The translations under genes and the position numbers were made by a program. Below are positions 45,701 to 61,999 of a DNA stretch of 64,000 nucleotides, in pieces; within the stretch, counting starts at the first letter, position 1, and the number at the start of each line of letters is the position of its first letter. The DNA is taken from positions 1,760,001-1,824,000 of the forward strand of contig CP068257.2 in the NCBI GenBank assembly GCA_009914755.4, in the 5' to 3' direction. Source of the stretch: the human T2T-CHM13v2.0 reference genome, Homo sapiens. Below the pieces are notes generated by a model, which saw only the letters and a program-made list of their open reading frames with translations, had not been told where the DNA came from and did no database searches.

Positions 45701-48700
45701 TATATATTATATACTCTACATGAAATATCAAAGTTCACAAACTATATATTATATACTGTACATAAAGTAAAGTCCCCAAGGTATATATTCTATACTGTAG
45801 AAAAAATATCACAGGACCCAAAGCATGTATTATATACTGTATATAAAACATGAAAGTACATCAAATATATATTTTATTCTGTACATAATATATCAAAGTA
45901 CACCAGATATATATTCTATAGTGTACATAAAATAACAAAGTACAAAAACTATAAATTATATACTGTACATAAAATATGAAATTACATCAAATATATATTA
46001 GGTACATAAAATATGTAAGTACATCAAATATAGATTATATACTGTACATAAAATTTCAATGTACCCCAAATATATATTTTATACTCTACATGAAATATCA
46101 AAGTTCACAAACCATGTATTACATACTGTACATAAAATATCAAAGTACCCAAGGTATATATTCTATACTATACAAAAAATATCAAAGTACACAAAGCATG
46201 TATTATATACTGTACCTAAAATATGAAAGTACATCAAATATATATTTTATTCTGTACATAAAATATCAAAGTACACCAGATATATATTCTATAGTGTACA
46301 TAAAATATCAAAGTACCCAAACTATACATTATATACTGTACATAAAATATGAAATTACATCAAATATATTTTATATTAGGTACATAAAATATGAAAGTAC
46401 ATCAAATATAGATTATATACTGTACGTAAAATATCAAAGTACCACAAATATATATTATATACTGTACATAAAATATCAAAGTTCACAAACTATATATTAT
46501 ATACTGTACATATAATATCAAAGTACCCAAGGTATATATTATAGACTGTACAAAAAATAACAAAGTACCAAAAGCATGTATAATATACTGTACATAAAAT
46601 ATGAAAATACATCAAATATATATTTTATTCTGTACATATAATATCAAAGTACACCAGATATATATTCTATAGTGTACATAAAATATCAAAGTACCCAAAC
46701 TATACATTCTATACTGTAAATAAAATATGAAATTACATCAAATATATTTTATATTAGGTACATAAAATATGAAAGTACATCAAATATAGATTATATACTG
46801 TACATTAAATACCAAAGTACCCCAAATATATATTTTATACTGTACATGAAATATCAAAGTTCACAAACTCTATATTATATACTGTACATAAATTATCAAA
46901 GTACCCAAGGTATATATTCTATACTGTACAAAAAATATCAAAGTACCCAAAGCATGTATTATATACTGTACATAAAATATGAAAGTACATCAAATATATA
47001 TTTTATTCTGTACATAATATATCAAAGTACACCAGATATATATTCTATAGTGTATATAAAATAACAAAGTACACAAACTATACATTATATACTGTACATA
47101 AAATATGAAATTACATCAAATATATATTAGGTACATAAAATATGAAAGTACATCAAATATAGATTATATACTGTACATAAAATATCAATGCACCCCAAAT
47201 ATATATTTTATACTATATATGAAATATCAAAGTTCACAAACCATATATTGTATACTGTACATAAAATATCAAAGTACCCAAGGTATATGTTCTATACTGT
47301 ACAAAAAATATCAAATTACCCAAAGCATGTATTATATACTGTACATAAAATATGAAAGTACATCAAATATATATTTTATTCCGTACATAAGATATCAAAG
47401 TACACCAGATATATATTCTATAGTGTATATAAAATATCAAAGTACACAAACTATACATTATATACTGTACATAAAATATGAAATTACATCAAATATATAT
47501 TATATAAGGTACATAAAATATGAAAGCACATCAAATATAGATTATATACTGTACATTAAATACCAAAGTATCCCAAATATATATTATATACTCTACATGA
47601 AATATCAAAGTTCACAAACTATGTATTATATACTGTACATAAAATATCAAAGTACCCAAGGTATATATTCTGTACTGTACAAAAAATATCAAAGTACCCA
47701 AAGCATGTATTATATACTGTATATAAAATATGAAAGTACATCAAATATATATTTTATTCTGTACATAAAATATCAAAGTACACCAGATATATATTCTATA
47801 GTGTACATAAAATAACAAAGTACAAAAACTATAAATTATATACTGTACATAAAATATGAAATAACATCAAATATATATTAGGTACATAAAATATGAAAGT
47901 ACATCAAATATAGATTATATACTGTACATAAAATATCAATGTATCCCAAATATATATTTTATACTCGACATGAAATATCAAAGTTCACAAACCATATAAT
48001 ATATACTGTACATAAAATATCAAAGTACCCAAGGTATATATTCTATACTGAACAAAATATATCAAAGTACCCAAAGCCTGTATTATATACTGTACATAAA
48101 ATATGAAAGTACATCAAATATATATTTTATTCTGTACATAAAATATCAAAGTACACCAGATATATATTCTATAGTGTACATAAAATATCAAAGTACCCAA
48201 ACTATACATTATATACTGTACATAAAATATGAAATTACATCAAATATATATTATATTAGGTACATAAAATATGAAAGTACATCAAATATAGATTATATAC
48301 TGTACATTAAATACCAAAGTACCCCAAATATATATTTATACTGTACATGAAATATCAAAGTTCACAAACTATATATTATATACTGTACATATAATATCAA
48401 AGTACCCAAGGTATATATTCTATACTGTACAAAAAATATCAAAGTACCCAAAGCATGTATTATATACAGTACATAAAATATGAAAGTACATCAAATATAT
48501 ATTTTATTCTGTACATAAAATATCAAAGTACACCAGATATATATTCTATAGTGTACATAAAATAACAAATTACACAAACTATACATTATATACTGTACAT
48601 AAAATATGAAATTACATCAAATATATATTAGGTACATAAAATATGAAAGTACATCAAATATAGATTATATACTGTACATAAAATATCAAACTACCCCAAA

Positions 48701-48799
48701 TATATATTATATACTCTACATGAAATATCAAATTTCACAAACTATATATTATATACTGTACATAAAATATCAAAGTACCCAAGGTATATATTCTATACT

Positions 48800-50200
48800 G
48801 TAGAAAAAATATCAAAGTACCCAAAGCATGTATTATATACTGTACCTAAAATATGAAAGTACATCAAATATATATTTTATTCTGTACATAAAATATCAAA
48901 GTACACCAGATATATATTCTATAGTGTACATAAAATATCAAAGTACCCAAACTATACATTATATACTGTACATGAAATATGAAATTACATCAAATATATA
49001 TTATATTAGGAACATAAAATATGAAAGTACATCAAATATAGATTATACACTGTACATAAAATATCAAAGTACCCCAAATATATATTATATACTCTACATG
49101 AAATATCAAAGTTCACAAACTATATATTATATACTGTACATAAAATAAAGTCCCCAAGGTATATATTCTATACTGTAGAAAAAATATCAAAGTACCCAAA
49201 GCATGTATTATATACTGTATATAAAATATGAAAGTACATCAAATATATATTTTATTCTGTACATAATATATCAAAGTACACCAGATATATATTCTATAGT
49301 GTATATAAAATAACAAAGTACAAAAACTATAAATTATATACTGTACATAAAATATGAAATTACATCAAATATATATTAGGTACATAAAATATGAAAGTAC
49401 ATCAAATATAGATTATATACTGCACATAAAATATCAATGTACCCCAAATATATATTTTATACTGTACATGAAATATCAAAGTTCACAAACCATATATTAT
49501 ATACTGTACATAAAATATCAAAGTACCCAAGGTATATATTCTATACTATACAAAAAATATCAAAGTACCCAAAGCATCTATTATATACTGTACATAAAAT
49601 ATGAAAGTACATCAAATATATATTTTATTCTGTACATAAAATATTAAAGTACACCAGATATATATTCTATAGTGTACATAAAATATCAAAGTACCCAAAC
49701 TTTACATTATATACTGTACATAAAATAAGAAATTACATCAAATATATATTATATTAGGTACATAAAATATGAAAGTACATCAAATATAGATTATATACTG
49801 TACGTAAAATATCAAAGTACCACAAATATATATTATATACTCTACATGAAATATCAAAGTTCACAAACTATATATTATATACTGTACATAAAATATCAAA
49901 GTACCCAAAGTATATATTCTATACTGTACAAAAGATATCAAAGTACCCAAAGCATGTATTATATACTGTACATAAAATATGAAAGTACATCAAATATATA
50001 TTTTATTCTGTACATAAAATATCAAAGTACACCAGATATATATTCTATAGTGTACATAAAATATCAAAGTACCCAAACTATTTATTATATACTGTACATA
50101 AAATATGAAATTACATCAAATATATATTATATTAGGTACATAAAATATGAAAGTACATCAAATATAGATTATATGCTGTACATTAAATACCAAAGTACCC
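48800..50200. repeat. Segment R-prime (copy of 44300-45700)
   Basis: See R. Confidence 0.65.
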
Positions 50201-53200
50201 CAAATATATATTTTATACTGTACATGAAATATCAAAGTTCACAAACTATATATTATATACTGTACATAAAATATCAAAGTACCCAAGGTATATATTCTAT
50301 ACTTTACAAAAAATATCAACGTACCCAAAGCATGTATTATATTCTGTACGTAAAATATGAAAGTACATCAAATATATTTTTTAATCTGTACATAAAATAT
50401 CAAAGTACACCAGATATATATTCTATAGTGTACATAAAATATCAAAGTACCCAAACTATACATTATATACTGTACATAAAATATGAAATTACATCAAATC
50501 TATATTAGGTACATAAAATATGAAAGTACATCAAATATAGATTATATACTGTACATAAAATATCAAAGTACCCCAAATATATATTATATACTCTACATGA
50601 AATATCAAAGTTCACAAACTATATATTATATACTGTACATAAAATATCAAAGTACCCAAGGTATATATCCTATACTGCACAAAAAATATCAAAGTACCCA
50701 AAGCATGTATTATATACTGTATACAAAATATGAAAGTACATCAAATATATATTTTATTCTGTACATAAAATATCAAAGTACACCAGATATATATTCTATA
50801 GTGTACTTATAATAACAAAGTACACAAACTATAAATTATATACTGTACATAAAATATGAAATTACATCAAATATATATTAGGTACATAAAATATGAAAGT
50901 ACATCAAATATAGATTATATACTGTACATAAAATATCAATGTACCCCAAATATATATTTTATACACTACATGAAATATCAAAGTTCACAAACCATATATT
51001 ATATACTGTACATAAAATATCAAAGTACCCAAGGTATATATCCTATACTGTACAAAAAATATCAAAGTACCCAAAGCATGTATTATATACTGTACATAAA
51101 ATATGAAACTGCATCAAATATATATTTTATTCTGTACAAAAAATATCAAAGTACACCAGACATATTTTCTATAGTGTACATAAAATATCAAAGTACCCAA
51201 AGCATGTATTATATACTGTACATAAAATATGAAAGTACATCAAATATATATTTTATTCTGTACATAATATATCAAAGTACACCAGATATATATTCTATAG
51301 TATACATAAAATATCAAAAGTACCCAAACTATACATTATATACTGTACATAAAATATGAAATTACATCAAATATATATTATATTAGTTACATAAAATATG
51401 AAAGTACATCAAATATAGATTATATACTGTACATTAAATACCAAAGTACCCCAAATATATATTTTATACTGTACATGAAATATCAAAGTCCACACACTAT
51501 ATATTATATACTGTACATAAAATATCAAAGTACCCAAGGTATATATTCTATACTGTACAAAAAATATCAAAGTACCCAAAGCATGTATTATATACTGTAC
51601 ATAAAATATGAAAGTACATCAAATATATATTTTATTCTGTACATAAAACATCAAAGTACACCAGATATATATTCTATAGTGTACATAAAATATCAAAGTA
51701 CCCAAACTATACATTATATACTGTACATAAAATATGAAATTACATCAAATATATATTATATTAGGTACATAAAATATGAAAGTACATCAAATATAGATTA
51801 TATACTGCACATAAAATATCAAAGTACCCCAAATATATATTATATACTCTACATGAAATATCAAAGTTCACAAACTATATATTATATACTGTACATAAAA
51901 TATCAAAGTACCCAAGGTATATATTCTATACTGTACAAAAAATATCAAAGTATCCAAAGCATGTATTATATACTGTATATAAAATATGAAATTAAATTAA
52001 ATATATATTTTATTCTGTACATAAAATATCAAAGTACACCAGATATATATTCTATAGTGTATATAAAATAACAAAGTACACAAACTATAAATTATATACT
52101 GTACATAAAATATGAAATTACATCAAATATATATTAGGTACATAAAATATGAATGTACATCAAATATAGATTATATACTGTACATATAATATCAATGTAC
52201 CCCAAATATATATTTTATACTCTACATGAAATATCAAAGTTCACAAACCATATATTATATACTGTACATAAAATATCAAAGTACCCAAGGTATATATTCT
52301 ATACTATACAAAAAATATCAAAGTACCCAAAGCATGTATTATATACTGTACCTAAAATATGAAAGTACATCAAATATATATTTTATTCTGTACATAAAAT
52401 ATCAAAGTACACCAGATATATATTCTATAGTGTACATAAAATATCAAAGTACCCAAACTATACATTATATACTGTACATAAAATATGAAATTACATCAAA
52501 TATATATTAGGTACATAAAATATGAAAGTACATCAAATATAGATTATATACTGTACATAAAATATCAAAGTACCCCAAATATATATTATATACTGTACAT
52601 GAAATATCAAAGTTCACAAACTATATATTATATACTGTACATAAAATATCAAAGTACCCAAGGTATATATTCTATACTGTACAAAAAATATCAAAGTACC
52701 CAAAGCATGTATTATATACTGTACATAAAATATGAAAGTACATCAAATATATATTTTATTCTGTACATAATATATCAAAGTACACCAGATATATATTCTA
52801 TAGTGTACATAAAATACAAAGTACACAAACTATAAATTATATACTGTACATAAAATATGAAATTACATCAAATATATATTAGGTACATAAAATATGAAAG
52901 TATATCAAATATAGATTATATACTGTACATATAATATCAATGTAACCCAAATATATATTTTATACTCTACATGAAATATCAAAGTTCACAAACCATAAAT
53001 TATATACTGTACATAAAATATCAAAGTACCCAAGGTATATATTCTATACTGTACAAAAAATATCAAAGTACCCAAAGCATGTATTATATACTGTACATAA
53101 AATATGAAATTACATCAAATATATATTATATTAGGTACATAAAATATGAAAGCACATCAAATATAGATTATATACTGTACATTAAATTCCAAAGTACCCC

Positions 53201-56200
53201 AAATATATATTTTATACTGTACATGAAATATCAAAGTTCACAAACTATATATTATATACTGTACATAAAATATCAAAGTACACAAGGTATATATTCTATA
53301 CTGTACAAAAAATATCAAAGTACCCAAAGCATGTATTATAAACTGTACATAAAATATGAAAGTACATCAAATATATATTTTATTCTGTACATAAAATATC
53401 AAAGTACACCAGATATATATTCCATAGTGTACATAAAATATCAAAATACCCAAACTATACATTATATACTGTACATAAAATATGAAATTACATCAAATAT
53501 ATATTATATTAGGTACATAAAATATGAAAGTACATCAAATATAGATTATATACTGTACATTAAATACCAAAGTACCCCAAATATATATTTTATACTGTAA
53601 ATGAAATATCAAAGTTCACAAACTATATATTATATACTGTACATAAAATATCAAAGTACCCAAGGTATATATTCTATACTGTAGAAAAAATATCAAAGTA
53701 CCCAAAGCATGTATTATATACTGTACATAAAATATGAAAGTACATCAAATATATATTTTATTCTGTACATAAAATATCAAAGTACACCAGATATATATTC
53801 TATAGTGTACATAAAATATCAAAGTACCCAAACTATACATTATATACTTTACATAAAATATGAAATTTCATCAAATATATATTATATTAGGTACATAAAA
53901 TATGAAAGTACATCAAATATAGATTATATACTGTACATTATATACCAAAGTACCCCAAATATATATTATATACTCTACATGAAATATTAAAGTTCTCACA
54001 CTATATATTATATACTGTACATAAAATATCAAAGTACCCAAGGTGTATATTCTATACTGTACAAAAAATATCAAAGTACCCAAAGCATGTATTATATACT
54101 GTATATAAAATATGAAAGTACATCAAATATATATTTTATTCTGTACATAAAATATCAAAGAACACCAGATATATATTCTATAGTGTACATAAAATAACAA
54201 AGTACACAAACTATAAATTATATACTGTACATAAAATATGAAATTACATCAAATATATATTAGGTACCTAAAATATGAAAGTACATCAAATATAGATTAT
54301 ATACTGTACATAAAATATCAATGTACCCCAAATATATATTTTATACTCGACATGAAATATCAAAGTTCACAAAGCATATATTATATACTGTACATAAAAT
54401 ATCAAAGTACCCAAGGTATATATTCTATACTGTAGAAAAAATATCAAAGTACCCAAAGCATGTATTATATACTGTACATAAAATATGAAAGTACATCAAA
54501 TATATATTTTATTCTGTACATAAAATATCAAAGTACACCAGATATATATTCTATAGTGTACATAAAATATCAAAGTACCCAAACTATACATTATATACTG
54601 TACATAAAATATGAAATTACATCAAATATATATTAGGTACATAAAATATGAAAGTACATCAAATATAGATTATATACTGTACATAAAATATCAATGTACA
54701 ACAAATATATATTTTATACTCTACATGAAATATCAAAGTTCACAAACTATATATTATATAATGTACATAAAATATCAAAGTACCCAAGGTATATATTCTA
54801 TACTGTACAAAAAATATCAAAGTACCGAAAGCATGTATTATATACTGTACATAAAATATGAAAGTACATCAAATATATATTTTATTCTGTACATAAAATA
54901 TCAAAGTACACCAGATATATATTCTATAGTGTACATAAAATATCAAAGTACCCAAACTATACATTATATACTGTACATAAAATATGAAATTACATCAAAT
55001 ATATATTATATTAGGTACATAAAACATGAAAGTACATCAAATATAGATTATATACTGTACATTAAATACCAAAGTACCCCAAATATATATTTTATACTGT
55101 ACATGAAATATCAAAGTTCACAAACTATATATTATATACTGTACATAAAATATCAAAGTACCCAAGGTATATATTCTATACTGTACAAAAAATAACAAAG
55201 TACCCAAAGCATGTATTATAAACTGTACATAAAATATGAAAGTACATCAAATATATATTTTATTCTGTACATAAAATATCAAAGTACACCAGATATATAT
55301 TCTATAGTGTACATAAAATATCAAAGTACCCAAAGTATACATTATATACTGTACATAAAATATGAAATTACATCAAATATATATTATATTAGGTACATAA
55401 AATATGAAAGTACATCAAATATAGATTATATACTGTACATTAAATACCAAAGTACCCCAAATATATATTTTATACTGTACATGAAATATCAAAGTTCACA
55501 CACTATATATTATATACTGTACATAAAATATCAAGGTACCCAAGTTATATATTCTATACTGTACAAAAAATATCAAAGTACCCAACACATGTATTATAAA
55601 CTGTACATAAAATATGAAAGTACATCAAATATATATTTTATTCTGTACATAAAATATCAAAGTACTCCAGATATATATTCTATAGTGTACATAAAATATC
55701 AAAGTACCCAAACTATACATTATATACTGTACATGAAATATGAAATTACATCAAATATATATTATATTAGGAACATAAAATATGAAAGTACATCAAATAT
55801 AGATTATACACTGTACATAAAATATCAAAGTACCCCAAATATATATTTTATACTGTACATGAAATATCAAAGTTCACAAACCATATATTATATACTGTAC
55901 ATAAAATATCAAAGTACCCAAGGTATATATTCTATACTATACAAAAAATATCAAAGTACCCAAAGCATCTATTATATACTGTACATAAAATATGAAAGTA
56001 CATCAAATATATATTTTATTCTGTACATAAAATATCAAAGTACACCAGATATATATTCTATAGTGTACATAAAATATCAAAGTACCCAAACTATACATTA
56101 TATACTGTACATAAAATATGAAATTACATCAAATATATATTAGGTACATAAAATATGAAAGTACATCAAATATAGATTATATACTGTACATAAAATATCA

Positions 56201-56499
56201 AAGTACCCCAAATATATATTATATACCCTACATGAAATATCAAAGTTCACAAACTATATATTATATACTGTACATAAAATATCAAAGTACCCAAGGTATA
56301 TATTCTATACTGTACAAAAAATATCAAAGTACCCAAAGCATGTATTATATACTGTACATAAAATATGAAAGTACATCAAATATATATTTTATTCTGTACA
56401 TAAAATATCAAAGTACACCAGATATATATTCTATAGTGTACATAAAATAACAAAGTACACAAACTATACATTATATACTGTACATAAAATATGAAATTA

Positions 56500-59400
56500 C
56501 ATCAAATATATATTATATTAGGTACATAAAATATGAAAGTACATCAAATAGAGATTATATACTGTACATAAAATATGAAAGTACCCAAATATATATTATA
56601 TACTATACATGAAATATCAAAGTTCACAAACTATATATTATATACTGTATATAAAATATCAATGTACCCCAGTTATATATTCTACACTGTAAAAAAAACA
56701 AAGTACCCAAAGCATGTATAATATACTGTATATAAAATATGAAAGTACATCAAATATATATTTTATTCTGTACATAAAATTTCAAAGTACACCAAATATA
56801 TATTCTATACTGTACATAAAATATCAAAGTTCCCAAACTATACATTATATACTGTACATAAAATATGAAATTACATCAAACCTATATTATATTAGGTACA
56901 TAAATTATGAAAGTACATCAAATATAGATTATATACTGTACATAAAATACCAAAGTACCCCAAATATATATTTTATACTGTACATGAAATATCAAAGTTC
57001 ACAAACTATATATTATATACTGTACATAAAATATCAAAGTACCCAAGGTATATATTCTATACTGTACAAAAAATATCAAAGTACCCAAAGCATGTATTAT
57101 ATGCAGTACATAAAATATGAAGGTACATCAAATATATATTTTATTCTGTACATAAAATATTAAAGTACACCAATATATATTCTATACTGTACATAAAATA
57201 TCAAAGTACCCAAACTATACATTACATACTGTATATAAAATATGAAATTACATCAAATATATATTATATTAGGTACATAAAATATGAAAGTACATCAAAT
57301 ATAGATTATATAGTGTACATAAAATATCAAAGTACCCAAGTATATATTATATACTGTACATGAAATATCAAAGTTCACACACTATATATTATATACTGTA
57401 CATAAAATATCAATGTACCCAAGGTATATATTCTATACTGTACAAAAAATATCAAAGTACCCAAAGCATGTATTATATACTGTACATAAAATATGAAAGT
57501 ACATCAAATATATATTTTATTCTGTACATACAATATCAAAGTACACCAAATATATATTCTATACTGTACATAAAATATCAAAGTACCCAAACTATACATT
57601 ATATACTGTACATAAAATATGAAATTGCATCAAATATATATTATATTAGGTACATAAAATATGAAAGTACATCAAATATAGATTATATGCTGTACATAAA
57701 ATAAAAAAGTACCCAAATATATATTATATACTGTACATGAAATACCAAAGTTCACAAACTATATATTATATACTGTACATAAAATATCAATGTACCCAAG
57801 GTATATATTCTATACTGTACAAATAATATCAAAGTACCCAAAGCATGTATTATATACTGTACATAAAATATGAAAGTACATCAAATATATATTTTATTCT
57901 GTACACAAAATGTCAAAGTACACCAAATATATATTGTATAGTGTACATAAAATATCAAAGTTCCCAAGATATACATTATATACTGTACATAAAATATGAA
58001 ATTACAATAAACATATATTATAATAGTTACATAAATTATGAAAGTACATCAAATATAGATTATATACTGCACATAAAATACCAAAGTACCCCAAATATAT
58101 ATTTTATACTGTACATGAAATATCAAAGTTCAAAAACTATATATCATATACCGTACATAAAATATCAGTGTACCCAAGGTAGATATTCTATACTGTACAA
58201 AAAATATCAAAGTACCCAAAGCATGTATTATATGCTGTACATAAAATATGAAAGTAAATCAAATATATATTTTATTCTGTACATAAAGTATCAAAGTACA
58301 CCAAATATACATTCTATACTGTTCATAAAATATCAAAGTACCCAAACTATACATTATATACTGTACATAAAATATGAAATTACATCAAATATATATTATA
58401 TTAGGTACATAAAATATGAAAGTACATCAAATATAGATTATATACTGTACATAAAATATCAAAGTACCCAAATATATATTATATACTGTACATGAAACAT
58501 CAAAGTTCACAAACTATATATTATATTCTGTACATAAAATATCAGTGTACCCAAGGTATATATTCTATACTGTAAAAAAAAATCAAAGTACCCAAAGTAT
58601 GAATTATATACTGTACATAAAATATGAAAGTACATCAAATATATATTTTATTCTGTACATAAAATATCAAAGTACACCAAACATATATTCTATACTGTAC
58701 ATAAAATATCAAAATACCCAAACTGTACATTATATACTGTACATAAAAGATGAAATTACATCAAAAATATATTATATTAGGTACATAAAATATGAAAGTA
58801 CATCAAATATAGATTGTAAACTTTACATAAAATATCAAAGTACCCCAAATATATATTATATACTCTACATGAAATATCAAAGTTCACAAACTATATATTA
58901 TATACTGTTCATAAAATATCAATGTACCCAAGGTATACATTCTATACTGTACAAAAAATATCAAAGTACCCAAAGCATGTATTACATACTGTACATAAAA
59001 TATGAAAGTACATCAAATACATATTTTATTCTGTACTTAAAATATCAAAGTACACCAAATATGTATTCTATAGTGTACATAAAATATCAAATTACCCAAA
59101 CTATACATTACATACTGTACATAAAATATGAAATTACATCAAATATCTATTATATTAGGTACGTAAAATATAAAAGTCCATCAAATATAGATTATATACT
59201 GTACATAATATACCTAAGTACACCAAATATATATTTTATACTCTACATGAAATATCAAAGTTCACAAACCATATATTATATACTGTACATAAAATATCAA
59301 AGTACCCAAGGTATATATTCTATACTGTACAAAAAATATCAAAGTACCCAAAGCATGTATTATATACTGTACAAAAAATATGAAAGTACATCAAATATAT

Positions 59401-60000
59401 ATTTTATTCTGTACATAAAATATCAAAGTACACCAGATATATATTCTATAGTGTACATAAAATATCAAACTACCCAAACTATTTATTATATACTGTACAT
59501 AAAATATGAAATTACATCAAATATGTATTATATTAGGTACATAAAATATGAAAGTACATCAAATATAGATTATATACTGTACATGAAATACCAAAGTACC
59601 CCAAATATATATTTTATACGGTACATGAAATATCAAAGTTCACAAACTATATATTATATACTGTATATAAAATATCAAAGTACCCAAGGTATATATTCTA
59701 TACTGTACAAAAAATATCAAAGTACCCAAAGCATGTATTATATACTGTACATAAAATATGAAAGTACATCAAATATATATTTTATTCTGTACAGAAAATA
59801 TCAAAGTACACCAGATATATATTCTATAGTGTACATAAAATATCAAAGTACCCAAACTATACATTATATACTGTACATAAAATATGAAATTACATCAAAT
59901 TTATATTAGGTACATAAAATATGAAAGTACGTCAAATATAGATTATATACTGTACATAAAATATCAAAGTACACCAAATATATATTTTATACTCTACATG
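56500..60000. repeat. Satellite zone with higher monomer-to-monomer divergence than the 9.8-56 kb core
   Basis: Many private substitutions and small indels are present. Examples are CACCAAATATATATTCTATAC replacing CACCAGATATATATTCTATAG (56790, 57545, 57925, 58305, 58675, 59045, 59225), CCCCAGTTATATATTCTACACTGTAAAAAAAACAAAG (56665), CAGTGTACCCAAGG (58175, 58545) and TTCCCAAGATATAC (57960). The 373-bp landmarks become irregular in this zone. Confidence 0.65.
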
Positions 60001-60599
60001 AAATATCAAAGTTCACAAACTATATATTATATACTGTACATAAAATATCCAAGTACGCAAGGTATATATTCTATACTGTACAAAAAATATCAACGTACCC
60101 AAAGCATGTATTATATACTCTATATAAAATATGAAAGTACATCACATATATATTTTATTCTGTACATAAAATATCAAAGTACACCAGATATATATTCTAT
60201 AGTGTACATAAAATAACAAAGTACAAAAACTATAAATTATATGCTGTACATAAAATATGAAATTACATCAAATATATATTAGGTACATAAAATATGAAAG
60301 TACATCAAATATACATTATATACTGTACATAAAATATCAATGTACCCCAAATATATATTTTATACTCTACATGAAATATCAAAGTTCACAAACCATATAT
60401 TATATACTGTACATAAAATATCAAAGTACCCAAGGTATATATTCTATACTGCACAAAAAATATCAAAGTACCCAAAGCATGTATTATATACTGTACATAA
60501 AATATGAAAGTACATCAATTATATTTTATTCTGTACATAAAATATCAAAGTACACCAGATATATATTCTATAGTGTACATAAAATATCAAAGTACCCAA

Positions 60600-61950
60600 A
60601 CTATACAGTATATACTGTACATAAAATATGAAATTACATGAAATACATATTATATTAGGTACATAAAATATGAAAGCACATCAAATATAGATTATATACT
60701 GTACATTAAATACCAAAGTACCCCAAATATATATTTTATACTGTACATCAAATATCAAAGTTCACAAACTATATATTATATACTGTACATAAAATATCAA
60801 AGTACCCATAGTATATATTCTACACTGTACAAAAAATATCAAAGTACCCAAAGCAAGTATTATATACTGTATATTAAATATGAAAGTACATCACATACAT
60901 ATTTTATTCTGTACATAAAATATCAAAGTACACCAGATATATATTCTATAGTGTACATAAAATAACAAAGTTCAAAAATTATAAATTATATGCTGTACAT
61001 AAAATATGAAATTACATCAAATATATATTAGGTACATAAAATATGAAAGTACATCAAATATAGATTATATACTGTACATAAAATATCAATGTACCCCAAA
61101 TATATATTTTATACTCTACATGAAATATGAAAGTTCACAAACCATATATTATATGCTGTACATAAAATATCAAAGTACCCAAGGTATATATTCTATACTG
61201 TACAAAAAATATCAAAGTACCCAAAGCATGTATTATATACTGTACATAAAATATGAAAGTACATCAAATATATATTTTATTCTGTACATAAAATATCAAA
61301 GTACACCAGATATATATTCTATAGTGTACATAAAATATCAACGTACCCAAACTCTACATTATATACTGTACATAAAATATGAAATTACATCAAATATATA
61401 TTATATTAGGTACATAAAATATGAAAGCACATCAAATATAGATTATATACTGTACTTTAAATACCAAAGTACCCCAAATATATATTTTATACTGTACATC
61501 AAATATCAAAGTTCACAAACTATATATTATATACTGTACATAAAATATCAAAGTACCCATGGTATATATTCTATACTGTACAAAAAATATCAAAGTACCC
61601 AAAGCATGTATTATATACTGTACATAAAATATGAAAGTACATCAAATATATATTTTATTCTGTACATAAAATATCAAAGTACACCAGATATATATTCTAT
61701 AGTGTACATAAAATATCAAAGTACCCAAACTATACATTATATACTGTACATAAAATATGAAATTACATCAAATATATATTATATTAGGTACATAAAATAT
61801 GAAAGTACATCAAATATAGATTATATACTGTACATAAAATATCAAAGTGCCCCAAATATATATTATATACTGTACATGAAATATCAAAGTTCACAAACTA
61901 TATATTATATACTGTAGATAAAATATCAAAGTACCCAAGGTATATATTCT
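60600..61950. repeat. Diverged paralogue of the HOR type found at 25.2-26.3 kb and 32.5-33.6 kb
   Basis: Shared subtype markers: TGTACATCAAATATCAAAGTTCACAAAC at 60745 and 61497, as at 25697 and 33018; CCCATGGTATATATTC at 61557, as at 25763 and 33084; CCCATAGTATATATTC at 60806. Identity is clearly lower than between the 7321-bp copies. Confidence 0.6.
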
Positions 61951-61999
61951 ATACTGTAAAAAAATATCAAAGTACCCAAAGCATGTATTATATACTGTA

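Noticed and set aside
58545-59909. Long + strand ORFs throughout the window (for example 58545-59909 at 454 aa, 25211-26299 and 32532-33620 at 362 aa, 55211-56143 at 310 aa) that could be called as CDS for Tyr/Ile/Lys-rich repeat proteins
   Set aside because: They arise because two of the three forward frames of the 42-bp (14-codon) monomer lack stop codons. The predicted products are low-complexity 14-aa repeats. They start and stop at phase-shifting indels. They are duplicated along with the DNA blocks. They have no start-site context, no domain-like sequence, and no constraint against frameshifts (39-bp, 79-bp and 84-bp monomer variants are tolerated). I treat them as satellite artefacts.
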